Shown here piece after piece: positions 1 to 9,204 of a stretch of DNA of 64,000 nt. The notes below the pieces were generated by a model, which saw nothing but the letters and a program-made list of their open reading frames with translations, was not told the origin of the DNA and searched no databases. The DNA is taken from the sequence record OQ718158.1. One strand, given 5' to 3'. This DNA comes from Escherichia phage vB_Ec-M-J. Numbering within the stretch: position 1 is the first letter of the stretch; each line of letters begins with the position of its first letter. The position numbers and the translations under genes are program-made.

Positions 1-187
1 TTGATTGGGAATAAAAAGGTATCGACATATAAATCAGATGCTGGTATAATAGCAAATGTAATATTGATAGTGGACCCCAAGACAAAGGATGGGGATATTT
101 ACATAGTCATTTATCAAGATTCGTCGAACAAACGCGATCAGGATATTGATAAATTGAATATTCATTGTGAACTGTAAGGTATAACAA

Positions 188-571
188 ATGATAAACGATG
201 TAATGCTTTATGTATTAATTACTCCGATTCTTATTAACTCAGTAATAACTATTTCAATGGCATTATTTGGTATAGTAGCAATTGTTTATGCGGTTAGTAC
301 TGGAAAGTATACTTTAATTAGTAAGGTTGATTCATGGTTCGCATCTGATAGTGTACCATATTCAGCTAGTATGATTACGATTGGTATTCTAATCGTTGCA
401 TTTACACTGCACTGTATTGGTTTTATTAATACAAGTATTTTTTCAGTTTTTATTGGTCTATCATTATATCCATCACTTTGGTACTTGATTTATGTAATCG
501 ATGTTTGGTATAATAACTACAAGCAGTACAAAGTGAAGAAATCCATTTTATCCAAAGGAAACAAATCATGA
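188..571 (+). CDS. small hydrophobic membrane protein (hypothetical)
   Basis: 127-aa track ORF, several hydrophobic segments; stop overlaps next start (ATGA). Confidence 0.5.
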   Translation: MINDVMLYVLITPILINSVITISMALFGIVAIVYAVSTGKYTLISKVDSWFASDSVPYSASMITIGILIVAFTLHCIGFINTSIFSVFIGLSLYPSLWYLIYVIDVWYNNYKQYKVKKSILSKGNKS

Positions 572-918
572 AAGTAATTTTGTTTTTTGTTTGTATGATT
601 ATATGTGGTATGTCTTATGCAGAACCATTACCTGGACTAGTCTGTACTGAAGGTGATATTAAACACATTTACCAAGGTGATAGCGATGACCATACTATCG
701 TTTATATCGATGGTGAAGTGTATAATTTTGTTAAAGAACATACTGTAGGTGACATTAGTTTTACGCAGTACTCGAATGATACTGATCCCAATATGCTTGC
801 ATTTCTTCAAGTTGATGTATATGAAGAAAGTAATGGTGAACAGTATGTTAAACTTGTGATGATGCGTAAGGCAGCAAAACAGGCAACATTCGGTGGCTTG
901 TGTAAATATGAGGACTAA
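568..918 (+). CDS. secreted hypothetical protein with N-terminal signal peptide
   Basis: N-terminus MKVILFFVCMIICGMSYA is signal-peptide-like; RBS GGAAAC before ATG. Confidence 0.55.
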   Translation: MKVILFFVCMIICGMSYAEPLPGLVCTEGDIKHIYQGDSDDHTIVYIDGEVYNFVKEHTVGDISFTQYSNDTDPNMLAFLQVDVYEESNGEQYVKLVMMRKAAKQATFGGLCKYED

Positions 919-922
919 ACAT

Positions 923-1114
923 ATGTTGATTTATCAATGTGATAACATTCGTGTTATGCAGCATCCCTACTTACAAATCTTTGATGTGCAGCAGTATATG
1001 GAAGGTGATGACCCAAGAACCTATGGTCGTAAGTATGATTACTTCACTGTAAAGCAGTGTCATAACATCAAAGAAGTACGACAATTAGTTCAAGAACTTC
1101 AAAATAAAGGTTGA
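923..1114 (+). CDS. hypothetical protein
   Basis: track ORF 893..1114 trimmed to first ATG after upstream stop; followed by terminator hairpin. Confidence 0.45.
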   Translation: MLIYQCDNIRVMQHPYLQIFDVQQYMEGDDPRTYGRKYDYFTVKQCHNIKEVRQLVQELQNKG

Positions 1115-1140
1115 CTTCGGTCAACCTTTTTTGTTATAAT
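1106..1140 (+). terminator. fused terminator-promoter module (UUCG-loop hairpin holding TTGACT -35, then TATAAT)
   Basis: AAAGGTTGAC-TTCG-GTCAACCTTTTTT followed by TATAAT. Confidence 0.65.
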
Positions 1141-1169
1141 TACTTCATCAACTACTGGGGATTTTAATT

Positions 1170-1610
1170 ATGTACGTATATCGTTTTGAACTTAAATTCA
1201 GTTATATTGAACCTAACTTAGATCCAGCAAAAACAGTAGGGCCGTTCGCACGGTACTCTTCACGATACAGTACTAAAAATGGATTTGACCGTTTGTGCAT
1301 GACCACGCCTTCGCAATTCCAACCAGAACCAACTGAAGATGGAATCTATTCAATCAAACGTGGCTGGGCATTTGGCTGTCAGAGTTTGAATGATTTGTTT
1401 AAGTTCTTTACTATGGACTTGGGTAAATTACATCGTGCAGGGTTTGCTGTATCAGTATATGAAGTTCCTGATAATCATGTTGACATTGGTCGTAGTCAGG
1501 TTCAGTACTATTGTGGTAGTGCCAATCTGGTTCGTATTATGTCAGTGAGAGAAGCAAAGGATGAGTACCGCCAAAGTAAAAGAGTAATACATGAGGCTGT
1601 ATATGGATAA
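1170..1610 (+). CDS. hypothetical protein
   Basis: 146-aa track ORF directly downstream of terminator/promoter module. Confidence 0.55.
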   Translation: MYVYRFELKFSYIEPNLDPAKTVGPFARYSSRYSTKNGFDRLCMTTPSQFQPEPTEDGIYSIKRGWAFGCQSLNDLFKFFTMDLGKLHRAGFAVSVYEVPDNHVDIGRSQVQYYCGSANLVRIMSVREAKDEYRQSKRVIHEAVYG

Positions 1611-1947
1611 GACTCAAATAGAATTAAAAAAATTTGTATCGTTTTATCTACCCAATGACCCACGTTGTACACAATATGATGTTGCATATTACAATGCATT
1701 GACTACACAGTTAATGAAGAAATTCAAACAGTGTTTGACTGTATTCAATGATGATGGTAGACGTAGATATAGAATCATTCCAATGAATGATGAAAACGAT
1801 AACTACTTTGACTTTGATGTTGTTTTTCGAGCATATAATGATGATAGAATAAAATTAAATTATGAGCAAATAATGCTTGACCTCAGTGTTATCTGTGTTA
1901 TAATTACTCACATAGCCGAACTTGATGGTTTAAAAGAATGGTATTAA
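1603..1947 (+). CDS. hypothetical protein
   Basis: track ORF 1591..1947 trimmed to ATG overlapping upstream stop (ATGGATAA). Confidence 0.5.
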   Translation: MDKTQIELKKFVSFYLPNDPRCTQYDVAYYNALTTQLMKKFKQCLTVFNDDGRRRYRIIPMNDENDNYFDFDVVFRAYNDDRIKLNYEQIMLDLSVICVIITHIAELDGLKEWY

Positions 1948-1961
1948 CTTAGAGGATAATC

Positions 1962-2228
1962 ATGAAGCTTAAATTACAATACAATGGTTTTACTTTGCGT
2001 AACGACACTGAGTTTGTCAATCGTTCACCAGGTGCTGAGTTGTTTTTGCGAGAGATGAACATTCCTTTCGTCATCACTACTGTTGGTGACCGTGAAGTGC
2101 TACAATACGCAGAGCATCCAGTTATTGATGTTCCGTGGTATTCTGAGCATATGTATATGGATATGGCCCGTCGCTACGACTGTAAGTTCGTAGTTGAAGG
2201 TGATAAAATTACAGTCCAATTCAAATAA
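1962..2228 (+). CDS. hypothetical protein
   Basis: 88-aa track ORF; RBS GAGGA before ATG. Confidence 0.55.
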   Translation: MKLKLQYNGFTLRNDTEFVNRSPGAELFLREMNIPFVITTVGDREVLQYAEHPVIDVPWYSEHMYMDMARRYDCKFVVEGDKITVQFK

Positions 2229-2239
2229 GGTAACTTAAA

Positions 2240-2533
2240 ATGATCAGTACTTCAGTAAATGCAAGCATCGTGGCAGACGTAGAAATGGTTAAAGAATGTA
2301 CAGACGAAACCCTTCGCAACATGTACATCAATGATTTGATTTCAGAGTACGGAAGTCGTGGTGTTCATGAGTTTGTTCGCCTAAGCGGTGAATTGATGAA
2401 GAATCGCATTCGTATGAAGCTTAATGTGCATCCAAAAGCATGGGCGTTTACAATGAAGTACGCTGAAGATATTGTTGAGTTGCGTCGCAATGATGTGTAT
2501 AATCGTTTACACAATGGTACATTAAAGGACTAA
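2240..2533 (+). CDS. hypothetical protein
   Basis: 97-aa track ORF; AAGG RBS. Confidence 0.55.
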   Translation: MISTSVNASIVADVEMVKECTDETLRNMYINDLISEYGSRGVHEFVRLSGELMKNRIRMKLNVHPKAWAFTMKYAEDIVELRRNDVYNRLHNGTLKD

Positions 2534-2583
2534 ATTATAGGAATCCGTAAAAGGATTCCTGTTCTTGTTTATAAGGTAATAAA

Positions 2584-2808
2584 ATGAAATATCTAGTACT
2601 AGTACTGCTATTCTTGAGTACTGTTGTATGTGCTAAACCAAAGTATCATGTAGTGTGTATCAACGAGATGGAAGGATATACTGAAACATATAAGAACCAT
2701 ATTGTTGAAGTTGCAGCCCAAGGTTCCTATGGGACCATCATCTTCCTTAAGAACAATGTGATTGTTCAGTACAAAAAAGATTCAAATTGTAAAGTGACTA
2801 AAAAATGA
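2584..2808 (+). CDS. secreted hypothetical protein (signal peptide)
   Basis: N-terminus MKYLVLVLLFLSTVVCA; AAGG RBS. Confidence 0.55.
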   Translation: MKYLVLVLLFLSTVVCAKPKYHVVCINEMEGYTETYKNHIVEVAAQGSYGTIIFLKNNVIVQYKKDSNCKVTKK

Positions 2809-2878
2809 TCTAGATCAATTTTTCAGATATTCTCTGTAAATAATAGCAGTACAGAACATTATTTTACGGAGGTGTAAT

Positions 2879-3115
2879 ATGGAAACTATAATCATCATAT
2901 GTGCGTTGTTTGCATTTTTGGTAATGTGGTCACCAACATTCATTGCATATAAAATGAAAAATAAAAATGCAGAAGCAATTATGTACGTAAACTTATGTTG
3001 CATACTAACTTATGGAATACTTTTATTCTTTACTGAATTTACATTAATCCCAGTAGTAGTTTGTTCATCAATGTTTATTTGGTTGTTTCTGCTTTATGAA
3101 TCTATTAAAAAATAA
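2879..3115 (+). CDS. small membrane protein (hypothetical)
   Basis: 78-aa ORF, two hydrophobic helices; GGAGG RBS. Confidence 0.5.
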   Translation: METIIIICALFAFLVMWSPTFIAYKMKNKNAEAIMYVNLCCILTYGILLFFTEFTLIPVVVCSSMFIWLFLLYESIKK

Positions 3116-3169
3116 AAGATATAGGGTTGGTAATATGCCATCCCTTTTACTTTATGTGGGGTTTAATTA

Positions 3170-3742
3170 ATGAATAGAAAAGGTAAGTTCAAAGTATCAA
3201 AGAAGAACAAAAGTTCTAGATTTAGACCTATAACTTTAACTTTTAAGGCTAAAGAAGAATTAACTGCACTTAGTAAAAAGATAATTTCATCTAAGATTAA
3301 AGTATCATACGTAAATTCGGTAAAATTTCAGAAGGTTAAACCACAAGACAAACTCATTTCACTTATATTTAAACGTAATGATTTTGAGATATTAGTAGAT
3401 GATTATAGAGCCTATAATGCTGGATTCATTCATGTCACTTGTAATACCGAACTAACTGAGTTGGAACATTTGACATGTATCATAAGTGTAGATAACGGTG
3501 TGGTGAAGTACAATTTTTTACATTTTACCAATATCAATAATGGAATGGGTGTACAATCCAGACCTATAGTACCTACATGTGATGTGACTAATTTAGCAAA
3601 GCTCAATGAAGAAGAATATTTTCAAGAAAGCATTGTAACTGAGCATTTAGATGCTATAATAGCAACTTACAAAGAATGCATATGGGTTTTGAATGCGATA
3701 AAGCCCAAATTGTGTTTAATGAATGTCGTTCGTGATTTATAA
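3170..3742 (+). CDS. hypothetical protein
   Basis: 190-aa track ORF; GGGG RBS. Confidence 0.55.
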   Translation: MNRKGKFKVSKKNKSSRFRPITLTFKAKEELTALSKKIISSKIKVSYVNSVKFQKVKPQDKLISLIFKRNDFEILVDDYRAYNAGFIHVTCNTELTELEHLTCIISVDNGVVKYNFLHFTNINNGMGVQSRPIVPTCDVTNLAKLNEEEYFQESIVTEHLDAIIATYKECIWVLNAIKPKLCLMNVVRDL

Positions 3743-3755
3743 CTGGAGATGTAGT

Positions 3756-4199
3756 ATGGGTTGGATTAACGTTAATAGCATTGAACTAAATGAGCAAGAC
3801 ATATTTGCCTTTGTTAATTTGGTAGAGAACATTGCTATTAAAGGTCGTCTGTTTAGTTCATCGGACGGTAAAAAATGGATCTCTCTTATGAACGACAATG
3901 GCGAGATTTATGACGTTATGCAACTACCTCATTGGGCTTATAAGAATACATCTGATGATGTGATGGCTGCTGTTATGCGTGAGTTTGAGAAGCTGCCAGG
4001 TGGTGATATTAAGAACATCGTATTCAATGCAGAACGCATGAACTACACACCAGAGCAGCTTCAACAGTTGGCAATTGCTGCCTATCAAGCTGCCATTAAG
4101 AAACCTGAATGTGTGATATTAAAGTACACACCGAACTTGAAGTTAACACTAGAAGATATGGATTCCTTTATCTTCAGTTCAGAACTTAAACAGTACTGA
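3756..4199 (+). CDS. hypothetical protein
   Basis: track ORF 3723..4199 trimmed to ATG after GGAG. Confidence 0.55.
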   Translation: MGWINVNSIELNEQDIFAFVNLVENIAIKGRLFSSSDGKKWISLMNDNGEIYDVMQLPHWAYKNTSDDVMAAVMREFEKLPGGDIKNIVFNAERMNYTPEQLQQLAIAAYQAAIKKPECVILKYTPNLKLTLEDMDSFIFSSELKQY

Positions 4200-4270
4200 T
4201 TTGACTTTGGAACAACCATTTCATATGTGATATAATCTTAAGTGTCTGTTGAAATAAACAGCACATGAAG

Positions 4271-4278
4271 TATAAATA
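4271..4278 (+). promoter_or_regulatory. T4-type late promoter motif TATAAATA (tentative)
   Basis: exact TATAAATA about 35 nt upstream of 4311 start; 8-mer alone expected by chance in AT-rich DNA. Confidence 0.3.
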
Positions 4279-4310
4279 TTAAAGTAATTTATCTCTTTAA
4301 GGAGTATGAA

Positions 4311-4694
4311 ATGGTTGATAAATGGAATAAGAAAGATCCATCGCATGATGTGGATATTTCTGGAATTGATAATGCACATAAGCATAAGTATCTTGATTCA
4401 CTAGGTCTACTAAAGCCTGACCAAAGTCTTGCACATGATCGTCCTTCACGCGAAAAAGCTTTCAGTTTAGAATCACTAGGCCATGAATTGAATCGTGTAT
4501 TTGAAGATCATCCAATTTATGTACGTGATATCATTGAGAAACTTAAAGTGACTCCTAAAGAGCACTTCAAGGCAACAGTACACGCAGCATTCCGTGCACT
4601 ACATGAAGCACTAAAGAAAACTCATAACCTTCGTAAGATTCATGATGATATCGTGAACTCTATTGAAGGCGAAAAACATAAGTTTAAAAAATAA
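4311..4694 (+). CDS. hypothetical protein with Y(L/V)(D/N)SLGLL motif
   Basis: 127-aa ORF; AAGGAG RBS; TATAAATA late-type motif about 35 nt upstream; motif shared with 5542..7053. Confidence 0.6.
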   Translation: MVDKWNKKDPSHDVDISGIDNAHKHKYLDSLGLLKPDQSLAHDRPSREKAFSLESLGHELNRVFEDHPIYVRDIIEKLKVTPKEHFKATVHAAFRALHEALKKTHNLRKIHDDIVNSIEGEKHKFKK

Positions 4695-4698
4695 TTAA

Positions 4699-4734
4699 AA
4701 GGGGTTGACTTCAGTCAGCCCTTTGTCGTATAAT
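4699..4734 (+). terminator. fused terminator-promoter module
   Basis: GGGGTTGACTTCAGTCAGCCC hairpin then TATAAT. Confidence 0.55.
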
Positions 4735-4781
4735 ATTTTCATCAAGTGATACAAAATACAAACAACGTGAGGTATTAAATT

Positions 4782-4895
4782 ATGCAAGGTACTAAATTCA
4801 TCATCGCTGCCCTAATCGCTGCTGTTGTAGTGGGTACAGTATGTTATTCAATTGACACCTATATCAATACACCTAGTGTTGAACAAACCAAATAA
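4782..4895 (+). CDS. small hydrophobic peptide (37 aa, hypothetical)
   Basis: hand-found ORF below track threshold; GAGG RBS; single TM-like segment. Confidence 0.35.
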   Translation: MQGTKFIIAALIAAVVVGTVCYSIDTYINTPSVEQTK

Positions 4896-4903
4896 GGGAT
4901 ATC

Positions 4904-5167
4904 ATGGCTGAAACATTATCACTATATGCGTTAGTACTGTTATTTGTCGGATTTCTTCCCGCACTCATTACAGCCATTCGTGTTGTTAAACATGAAGCTG
5001 CATTGATTGTATGTAGTATTGGGTCGAACATTCTATTGTATTTCTTTTTGACAAACACTATTGTACTGTTCGCTTTCTTTATCATGATTCTGTGGGTACT
5101 TGTAATTCTCGGATTCTTCATTTGGTCATTGGTTGATCCTAAGAAAAAAACAGGAGAAGTGAAATGA
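4904..5167 (+). CDS. small membrane protein (hypothetical)
   Basis: 87-aa hydrophobic ORF; stop overlaps next start. Confidence 0.5.
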   Translation: MAETLSLYALVLLFVGFLPALITAIRVVKHEAALIVCSIGSNILLYFFLTNTIVLFAFFIMILWVLVILGFFIWSLVDPKKKTGEVK

Positions 5168-5460
5168 AATTAATTATTGTAATGATGATGTTTTTGGCTT
5201 TCCCAGTACTGGCTACTCCTAATCTGGACTGCACACTGTTGCGTTCAGATGGTGACACACTTGAAATCAACACATATGAACTCTTTGGTCCAAGTGTAGT
5301 GGAGAATGAAACCACCTACAATTTCAAAGCTATTGACTTTGAAGGTAATGTTCCAGTACTAACTACAATGACTATTGACAAAACTACTTTACTCGGACGA
5401 ATCACCACACAACGCGGAGAAAGTAAAACATTCACAGCGAAAGCTGACTGTAACTACTAA
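5164..5460 (+). CDS. secreted hypothetical protein (signal peptide)
   Basis: N-terminus MKLIIVMMMFLAFPVLA; GGAG RBS. Confidence 0.55.
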   Translation: MKLIIVMMMFLAFPVLATPNLDCTLLRSDGDTLEINTYELFGPSVVENETTYNFKAIDFEGNVPVLTTMTIDKTTLLGRITTQRGESKTFTAKADCNY

Positions 5461-5481
5461 TGGTATAGTACAGTGAAAATA

Positions 5482-5513
5482 GGGTTGACTTCGGTCAACC
5501 TTTTCTTTATACT
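5482..5513 (+). terminator. fused terminator-promoter module
   Basis: GGGTTGAC-TTCG-GTCAACC then T-run and TATACT. Confidence 0.6.
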
Positions 5514-5520
5514 ATAAATA
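5513..5520 (+). promoter_or_regulatory. T4-type late promoter motif TATAAATA (tentative)
   Basis: exact TATAAATA about 25 nt upstream of 5542 start. Confidence 0.3.
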
Positions 5521-5541
5521 TAGTCATAGAGAATAAACAAT

Positions 5542-7053
5542 ATGAAATCTATGGAGAGAAATCAAATGCCAGGTCAATTTACTGATAAAAATGGCGGGAA
5601 CATGGCAGGTCACTCTGATAAATGGAGTGAACGCAATCGTCGTCAAAATAGCTACCAAGCAGGACAGGGGTCACGTGGTTCACGTAATCAAGGGACAGGT
5701 TTAGCTGGTAAGGCAAACGCAGAAGCAGGTGAAGTTAAGAGTACTGAGAACATGACTGAGCTAGAAAAGCTACGTTATGTTAACTCATTAGGTCTTCTTA
5801 ACGCAACACAGAAACAACGCCTTGCTGATATGGAACGTGCTGAGAAAGAACAAGAAGTTCCTAAAGAAGAACCAAAACCAGAAGCTCCTAAAGCAGCTAA
5901 CCCTGTTAAAGAGTTATCTGATAACTTAGGTAAGATCTTTGCTAACAAACCACAGTTGATTCAGGGTATTGTCAAAGCACTACAGGCAGTTCCTAAAGAA
6001 GAACTCAAAGGTAAAGCACAAGCTGTACTTGATGCAATGAAAGGTAATAAGAGCACTGAACCTACTGAAGTATTCAGTACTATCATGCGTGCACTTGAAG
6101 GTACACACAAAGAAGATTCCAAAGAACCTGAACAGGGTGAAGCAAGTCTTGATGGTATTCTTAAAACTTTTGATAGTATTGGTAAAGCAGACCGTGCTAA
6201 TGCCCAGCAAGTCAAGAATGTACTGGCTAAACTTGAAAACCGTTTAGAAGGTAAAGATGATAAGGTTAAGCTCGTATCAGATGCAGTTAACAGTGCACTT
6301 AAATCTTATGTACAAGGTGAGAAAAGTCGCTTCGTAACAGCTATGGATGCTGCATTCAACACTATGAAAAAGTATGAAGCAGAACATGGTGAGAAAGTGA
6401 CACCTGATGGATATCTACTACGTAAAGATGAAGAAGGTGCAGTTGAACAGAAAGATGTTGAGCCTGAGCAAGAAGATCTACCTGATACCGTTGATATGGA
6501 TGGATACATTCATCGTCCTGAGATGGAAGAGTTTGGGTCAGATAAAGAAGGTTTTGAACATGCAATGGCAGTATATAAAGCATTAGTTAAAAATCCAGAT
6601 TATGCTAACCGTTTTGTTGACGAGTTTGATAGTGCATGGAATAACTACAAAGAGAAAGGTTATGATTTCCCTGCTGAAGCTGCATTCTTTGAACTTGGTA
6701 AACTATTAGCTAAACATGGAATTGACGTTGGTTCATCTGATTCCGAAGGTATGGAAGAAGAACATCTTGAAATGACTGATAAATCAATTCATGAACTTCA
6801 AAAGTTAATGATGTGGATATCCGAGATTGGTAAAAAAGCAGGTGCTGATAGTAAAAGTATCAACAAAAATATTAGTTGGATTAAAGATAATGTTGGTAAC
6901 AATGCTCGTAAACTTCAAAAGGCTTGGGCTGATTTAGTAAATGGTGCAGATGATGTTGACATTGAATCACCAGAAGCATATGAGTATGCACTAACTACAC
7001 TTGATAACTCATTCAAAGAGTACGACCGTGGTGTTGGAAAGGATAAAAAATAA
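5542..7053 (+). CDS. acidic K/E-rich 503-aa protein (hypothetical; candidate late/virion protein)
   Basis: longest plus-strand ORF in part 1; TATAAATA at 5513; shares SLGLL motif with 4311..4694. Confidence 0.7.
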   Translation: MKSMERNQMPGQFTDKNGGNMAGHSDKWSERNRRQNSYQAGQGSRGSRNQGTGLAGKANAEAGEVKSTENMTELEKLRYVNSLGLLNATQKQRLADMERAEKEQEVPKEEPKPEAPKAANPVKELSDNLGKIFANKPQLIQGIVKALQAVPKEELKGKAQAVLDAMKGNKSTEPTEVFSTIMRALEGTHKEDSKEPEQGEASLDGILKTFDSIGKADRANAQQVKNVLAKLENRLEGKDDKVKLVSDAVNSALKSYVQGEKSRFVTAMDAAFNTMKKYEAEHGEKVTPDGYLLRKDEEGAVEQKDVEPEQEDLPDTVDMDGYIHRPEMEEFGSDKEGFEHAMAVYKALVKNPDYANRFVDEFDSAWNNYKEKGYDFPAEAAFFELGKLLAKHGIDVGSSDSEGMEEEHLEMTDKSIHELQKLMMWISEIGKKAGADSKSINKNISWIKDNVGNNARKLQKAWADLVNGADDVDIESPEAYEYALTTLDNSFKEYDRGVGKDKK

Positions 7054-7062
7054 ACATTTAAA

Positions 7063-7100
7063 AGGTTGACTTCGGTCAACCTTTTTTTGTAAATATTGTA
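7063..7100 (+). terminator. terminator hairpin of module type
   Basis: AAAGGTTGAC-TTCG-GTCAACCTTTTTTT. Confidence 0.65.
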
Positions 7101-7124
7101 GAGGGTTTTATAAGAGGTAATGCA

Positions 7125-7376
7125 ATGTTTAAATATGTTTTATTTTCACTTGTATTGTTTACTGATATAGTTTATAGTACTGAATACCAGTGCTCCATTG
7201 CTAGACAGGAGTTTAGAAACGGTGAGTTCTATACCAAGTCTTACACTAGAGGATTGGTACATGACAATAATAAAACTATAGGGTTCAATGCATTTGATAA
7301 CAAAGATCGATATACGTCTGGAATACTATCTGAACGTAAGTCTGATATACTAGGTATCGAGCGTGAATTCCGGTGA
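7125..7376 (+). CDS. secreted hypothetical protein (signal peptide)
   Basis: N-terminus MFKYVLFSLVLFTDIVYS; GAGG RBS. Confidence 0.5.
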   Translation: MFKYVLFSLVLFTDIVYSTEYQCSIARQEFRNGEFYTKSYTRGLVHDNNKTIGFNAFDNKDRYTSGILSERKSDILGIEREFR

Positions 7377-7386
7377 CACGGTTGCA

Positions 7387-7737
7387 ATGTGTAATGATAT
7401 TGAGAGTACTAAGAAAGTATATACTAATGGTGAAAATACTTTTAGATTCCACAATCTTACTACTAATGAAAGTTTATACTTCTACAACTGTAAAGAGTTC
7501 ATTAAACCTGTGGATAACTCATGTGATATGCCGGAGCCAAAAGCTGCTGTATGTGAGGAACCACAATCCAAAGCTGACAAAGATTCAAAAGATAAGAAAG
7601 ACAAAGCTGACAAATCGGATAAAAAAGAAAACAAAAAGAAAGCTAAAGATGATAAAGATAAAAAGTCCCCTAAGCCAAATCCATTTGAAAAGCCAAAGAA
7701 TGAAAAGCCAAAACCAGACATGACATGTAAAATATAA
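7387..7737 (+). CDS. hypothetical protein with Lys/Asp-rich low-complexity tail
   Basis: track ORF 7363 (GTG) trimmed to first ATG; may be a frameshifted continuation of 7125..7376. Confidence 0.4.
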   Translation: MCNDIESTKKVYTNGENTFRFHNLTTNESLYFYNCKEFIKPVDNSCDMPEPKAAVCEEPQSKADKDSKDKKDKADKSDKKENKKKAKDDKDKKSPKPNPFEKPKNEKPKPDMTCKI

Positions 7738-7742
7738 AAGAA

Positions 7743-7777
7743 AAGGGTTGACTTCGGTCGGCCTTTTTTGCTATAAT
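7743..7777 (+). terminator. fused terminator-promoter module
   Basis: GGGTTGACTTCGGTCGGCC then TTTTTTGCTATAAT. Confidence 0.6.
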
Positions 7778-7803
7778 CATTTCATCAACTACTGGAGGCA
7801 AAC

Positions 7804-8217
7804 ATGTTAAAAGTTATTTTCCGTTCTATCAGTTCATTACTTCTTATGATTAGTTCAGTTTGTTATGCAAATGAAGTATCTGATTTATTTGAGAAGAATT
7901 ACCCAACTGCACAAGAGATGGGTGTTTTAAAATGCAAGCTAACTTCGTACAACATCATCGGCAGTAAACTTGTACTAGAACATGAACGTAGTACACCAAT
8001 CCCTCTAGTAGAAGAAGGTAGTACCTTTAGCTTCAAGTACGGGGTGAACGTAACATCTGGTGTAATGAACAATGTTGATGCAGAGACTGGTTCAACATGG
8101 AGTACTAGCGGTAAAGATGTGTTTCATCGTATGCGTGAAAATGGTAAACTGAAGTACGTATATGAAAGTTCATTCATGAAACGTGTATTCATTATAAAAA
8201 ATTGTGTACCAGCATAA
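7804..8217 (+). CDS. secreted hypothetical protein (signal peptide)
   Basis: N-terminus with hydrophobic core before CYA; GGAGG RBS. Confidence 0.55.
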   Translation: MLKVIFRSISSLLLMISSVCYANEVSDLFEKNYPTAQEMGVLKCKLTSYNIIGSKLVLEHERSTPIPLVEEGSTFSFKYGVNVTSGVMNNVDAETGSTWSTSGKDVFHRMRENGKLKYVYESSFMKRVFIIKNCVPA

Positions 8218-8228
8218 GGAACAACATC

Positions 8229-8504
8229 ATGCGTTCATTTGAAAACTTAATAGGTAAACTTCGCTTACAAGAAATTGAAGCTGATGTGAAGGAATTATCT
8301 GAAACTAAGAGTTACATTCATTTAGATGAACTGTTTATTAAGTACGGTGAGATTGGTTTTAAGTCATTATTTGTGTTTGTCATGAAGGTGCATAGTTTAA
8401 AGTACTTTGATTTGAGTTCAAAAGACGGACAACCAAATCTGTATTACATGTATTATCTTAAGAACATAGACGAAGCTAATACATTATTCTTAGAATATAT
8501 GTAG
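8229..8504 (+). CDS. hypothetical protein
   Basis: track ORF trimmed to ATG after AAGGAACAA. Confidence 0.5.
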   Translation: MRSFENLIGKLRLQEIEADVKELSETKSYIHLDELFIKYGEIGFKSLFVFVMKVHSLKYFDLSSKDGQPNLYYMYYLKNIDEANTLFLEYM

Positions 8505-8513
8505 GGGTAAAAA

Positions 8514-8852
8514 ATGGAACAACATTTTGAATTAATTAATAAGGTATCATTTTATGTAGTATCATTAATTTGGGTGTATTACATGTTTTGTTACATTATT
8601 GCATTCTTCCGATACACGACCTTGTATCAACGCATATACTACGATGCACCCATTTCATTTATGATGTTCTGTGCATGTACGTGGGGGATAATTGAAGCAC
8701 TGGTATGTGGATATAGTACTGACGAATTAAATCTCGTATCGGGGTTGACATTACTAACAATTGCCATTATGATAGCTACTGTTCCGATATTTTTGCTCTT
8801 TAAACTGCTTCATCGTATCGATGAGTGGCGTAATAAAATCCCTGAAAAGTAA
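8514..8852 (+). CDS. small multi-pass membrane protein, family A paralog 1
   Basis: about 112 aa, hydrophobic, C-terminal basic tail ending KIPEK; tandem with two paralogs. Confidence 0.6.
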   Translation: MEQHFELINKVSFYVVSLIWVYYMFCYIIAFFRYTTLYQRIYYDAPISFMMFCACTWGIIEALVCGYSTDELNLVSGLTLLTIAIMIATVPIFLLFKLLHRIDEWRNKIPEK

Positions 8853-8861
8853 GGATTGATA

Positions 8862-9203
8862 ATGATTTTTTACACTAATGCGTTTGCTTATGCCGTTGCA
8901 TCAATCTACATTGTGTACTTCTTATTTGGTGGAGTACTGTACTTCTTTAAGTACAAAACATTGTTTAACCGAATGTATCCAAATCACCCAATTGTAGTAG
9001 TACTTTTGATGATTTCTGTTGCTCACATCATTGTAGAAACAATAATGGGTATCAGTGCAGTACATTACAGTCTAGGTACTATTGTGATTATTACTATGAT
9101 CATCGCATACATTTTAGTAATGGGTTCTGGTTTATTTGGGAATGTAGCAATGAAATTGTATAATCGAATTAAAACCTTACGTGATAATCTACCGGAGCGT
9201 TGA
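8862..9203 (+). CDS. small multi-pass membrane protein, family A paralog 2
   Basis: track ORF (TTG) trimmed to ATG; tail ends NLPER. Confidence 0.6.
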   Translation: MIFYTNAFAYAVASIYIVYFLFGGVLYFFKYKTLFNRMYPNHPIVVVLLMISVAHIIVETIMGISAVHYSLGTIVIITMIIAYILVMGSGLFGNVAMKLYNRIKTLRDNLPER

Positions 9204-9204
9204 G

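Noticed and set aside
5961-6583. Minus-strand ORFs inside the 503-aa acidic protein gene
   Set aside because: Antisense to a long ORF with coherent composition; translations are Ser/Cys-rich and look like noise.
7373-7723. Alternative-frame basic ORF overlapping 7387..7737, and minus ORF 7482..7721
   Set aside because: Different frames of the same K/D-rich low-complexity stretch; only one can be real, and the plus frame continuing the upstream gene was preferred.
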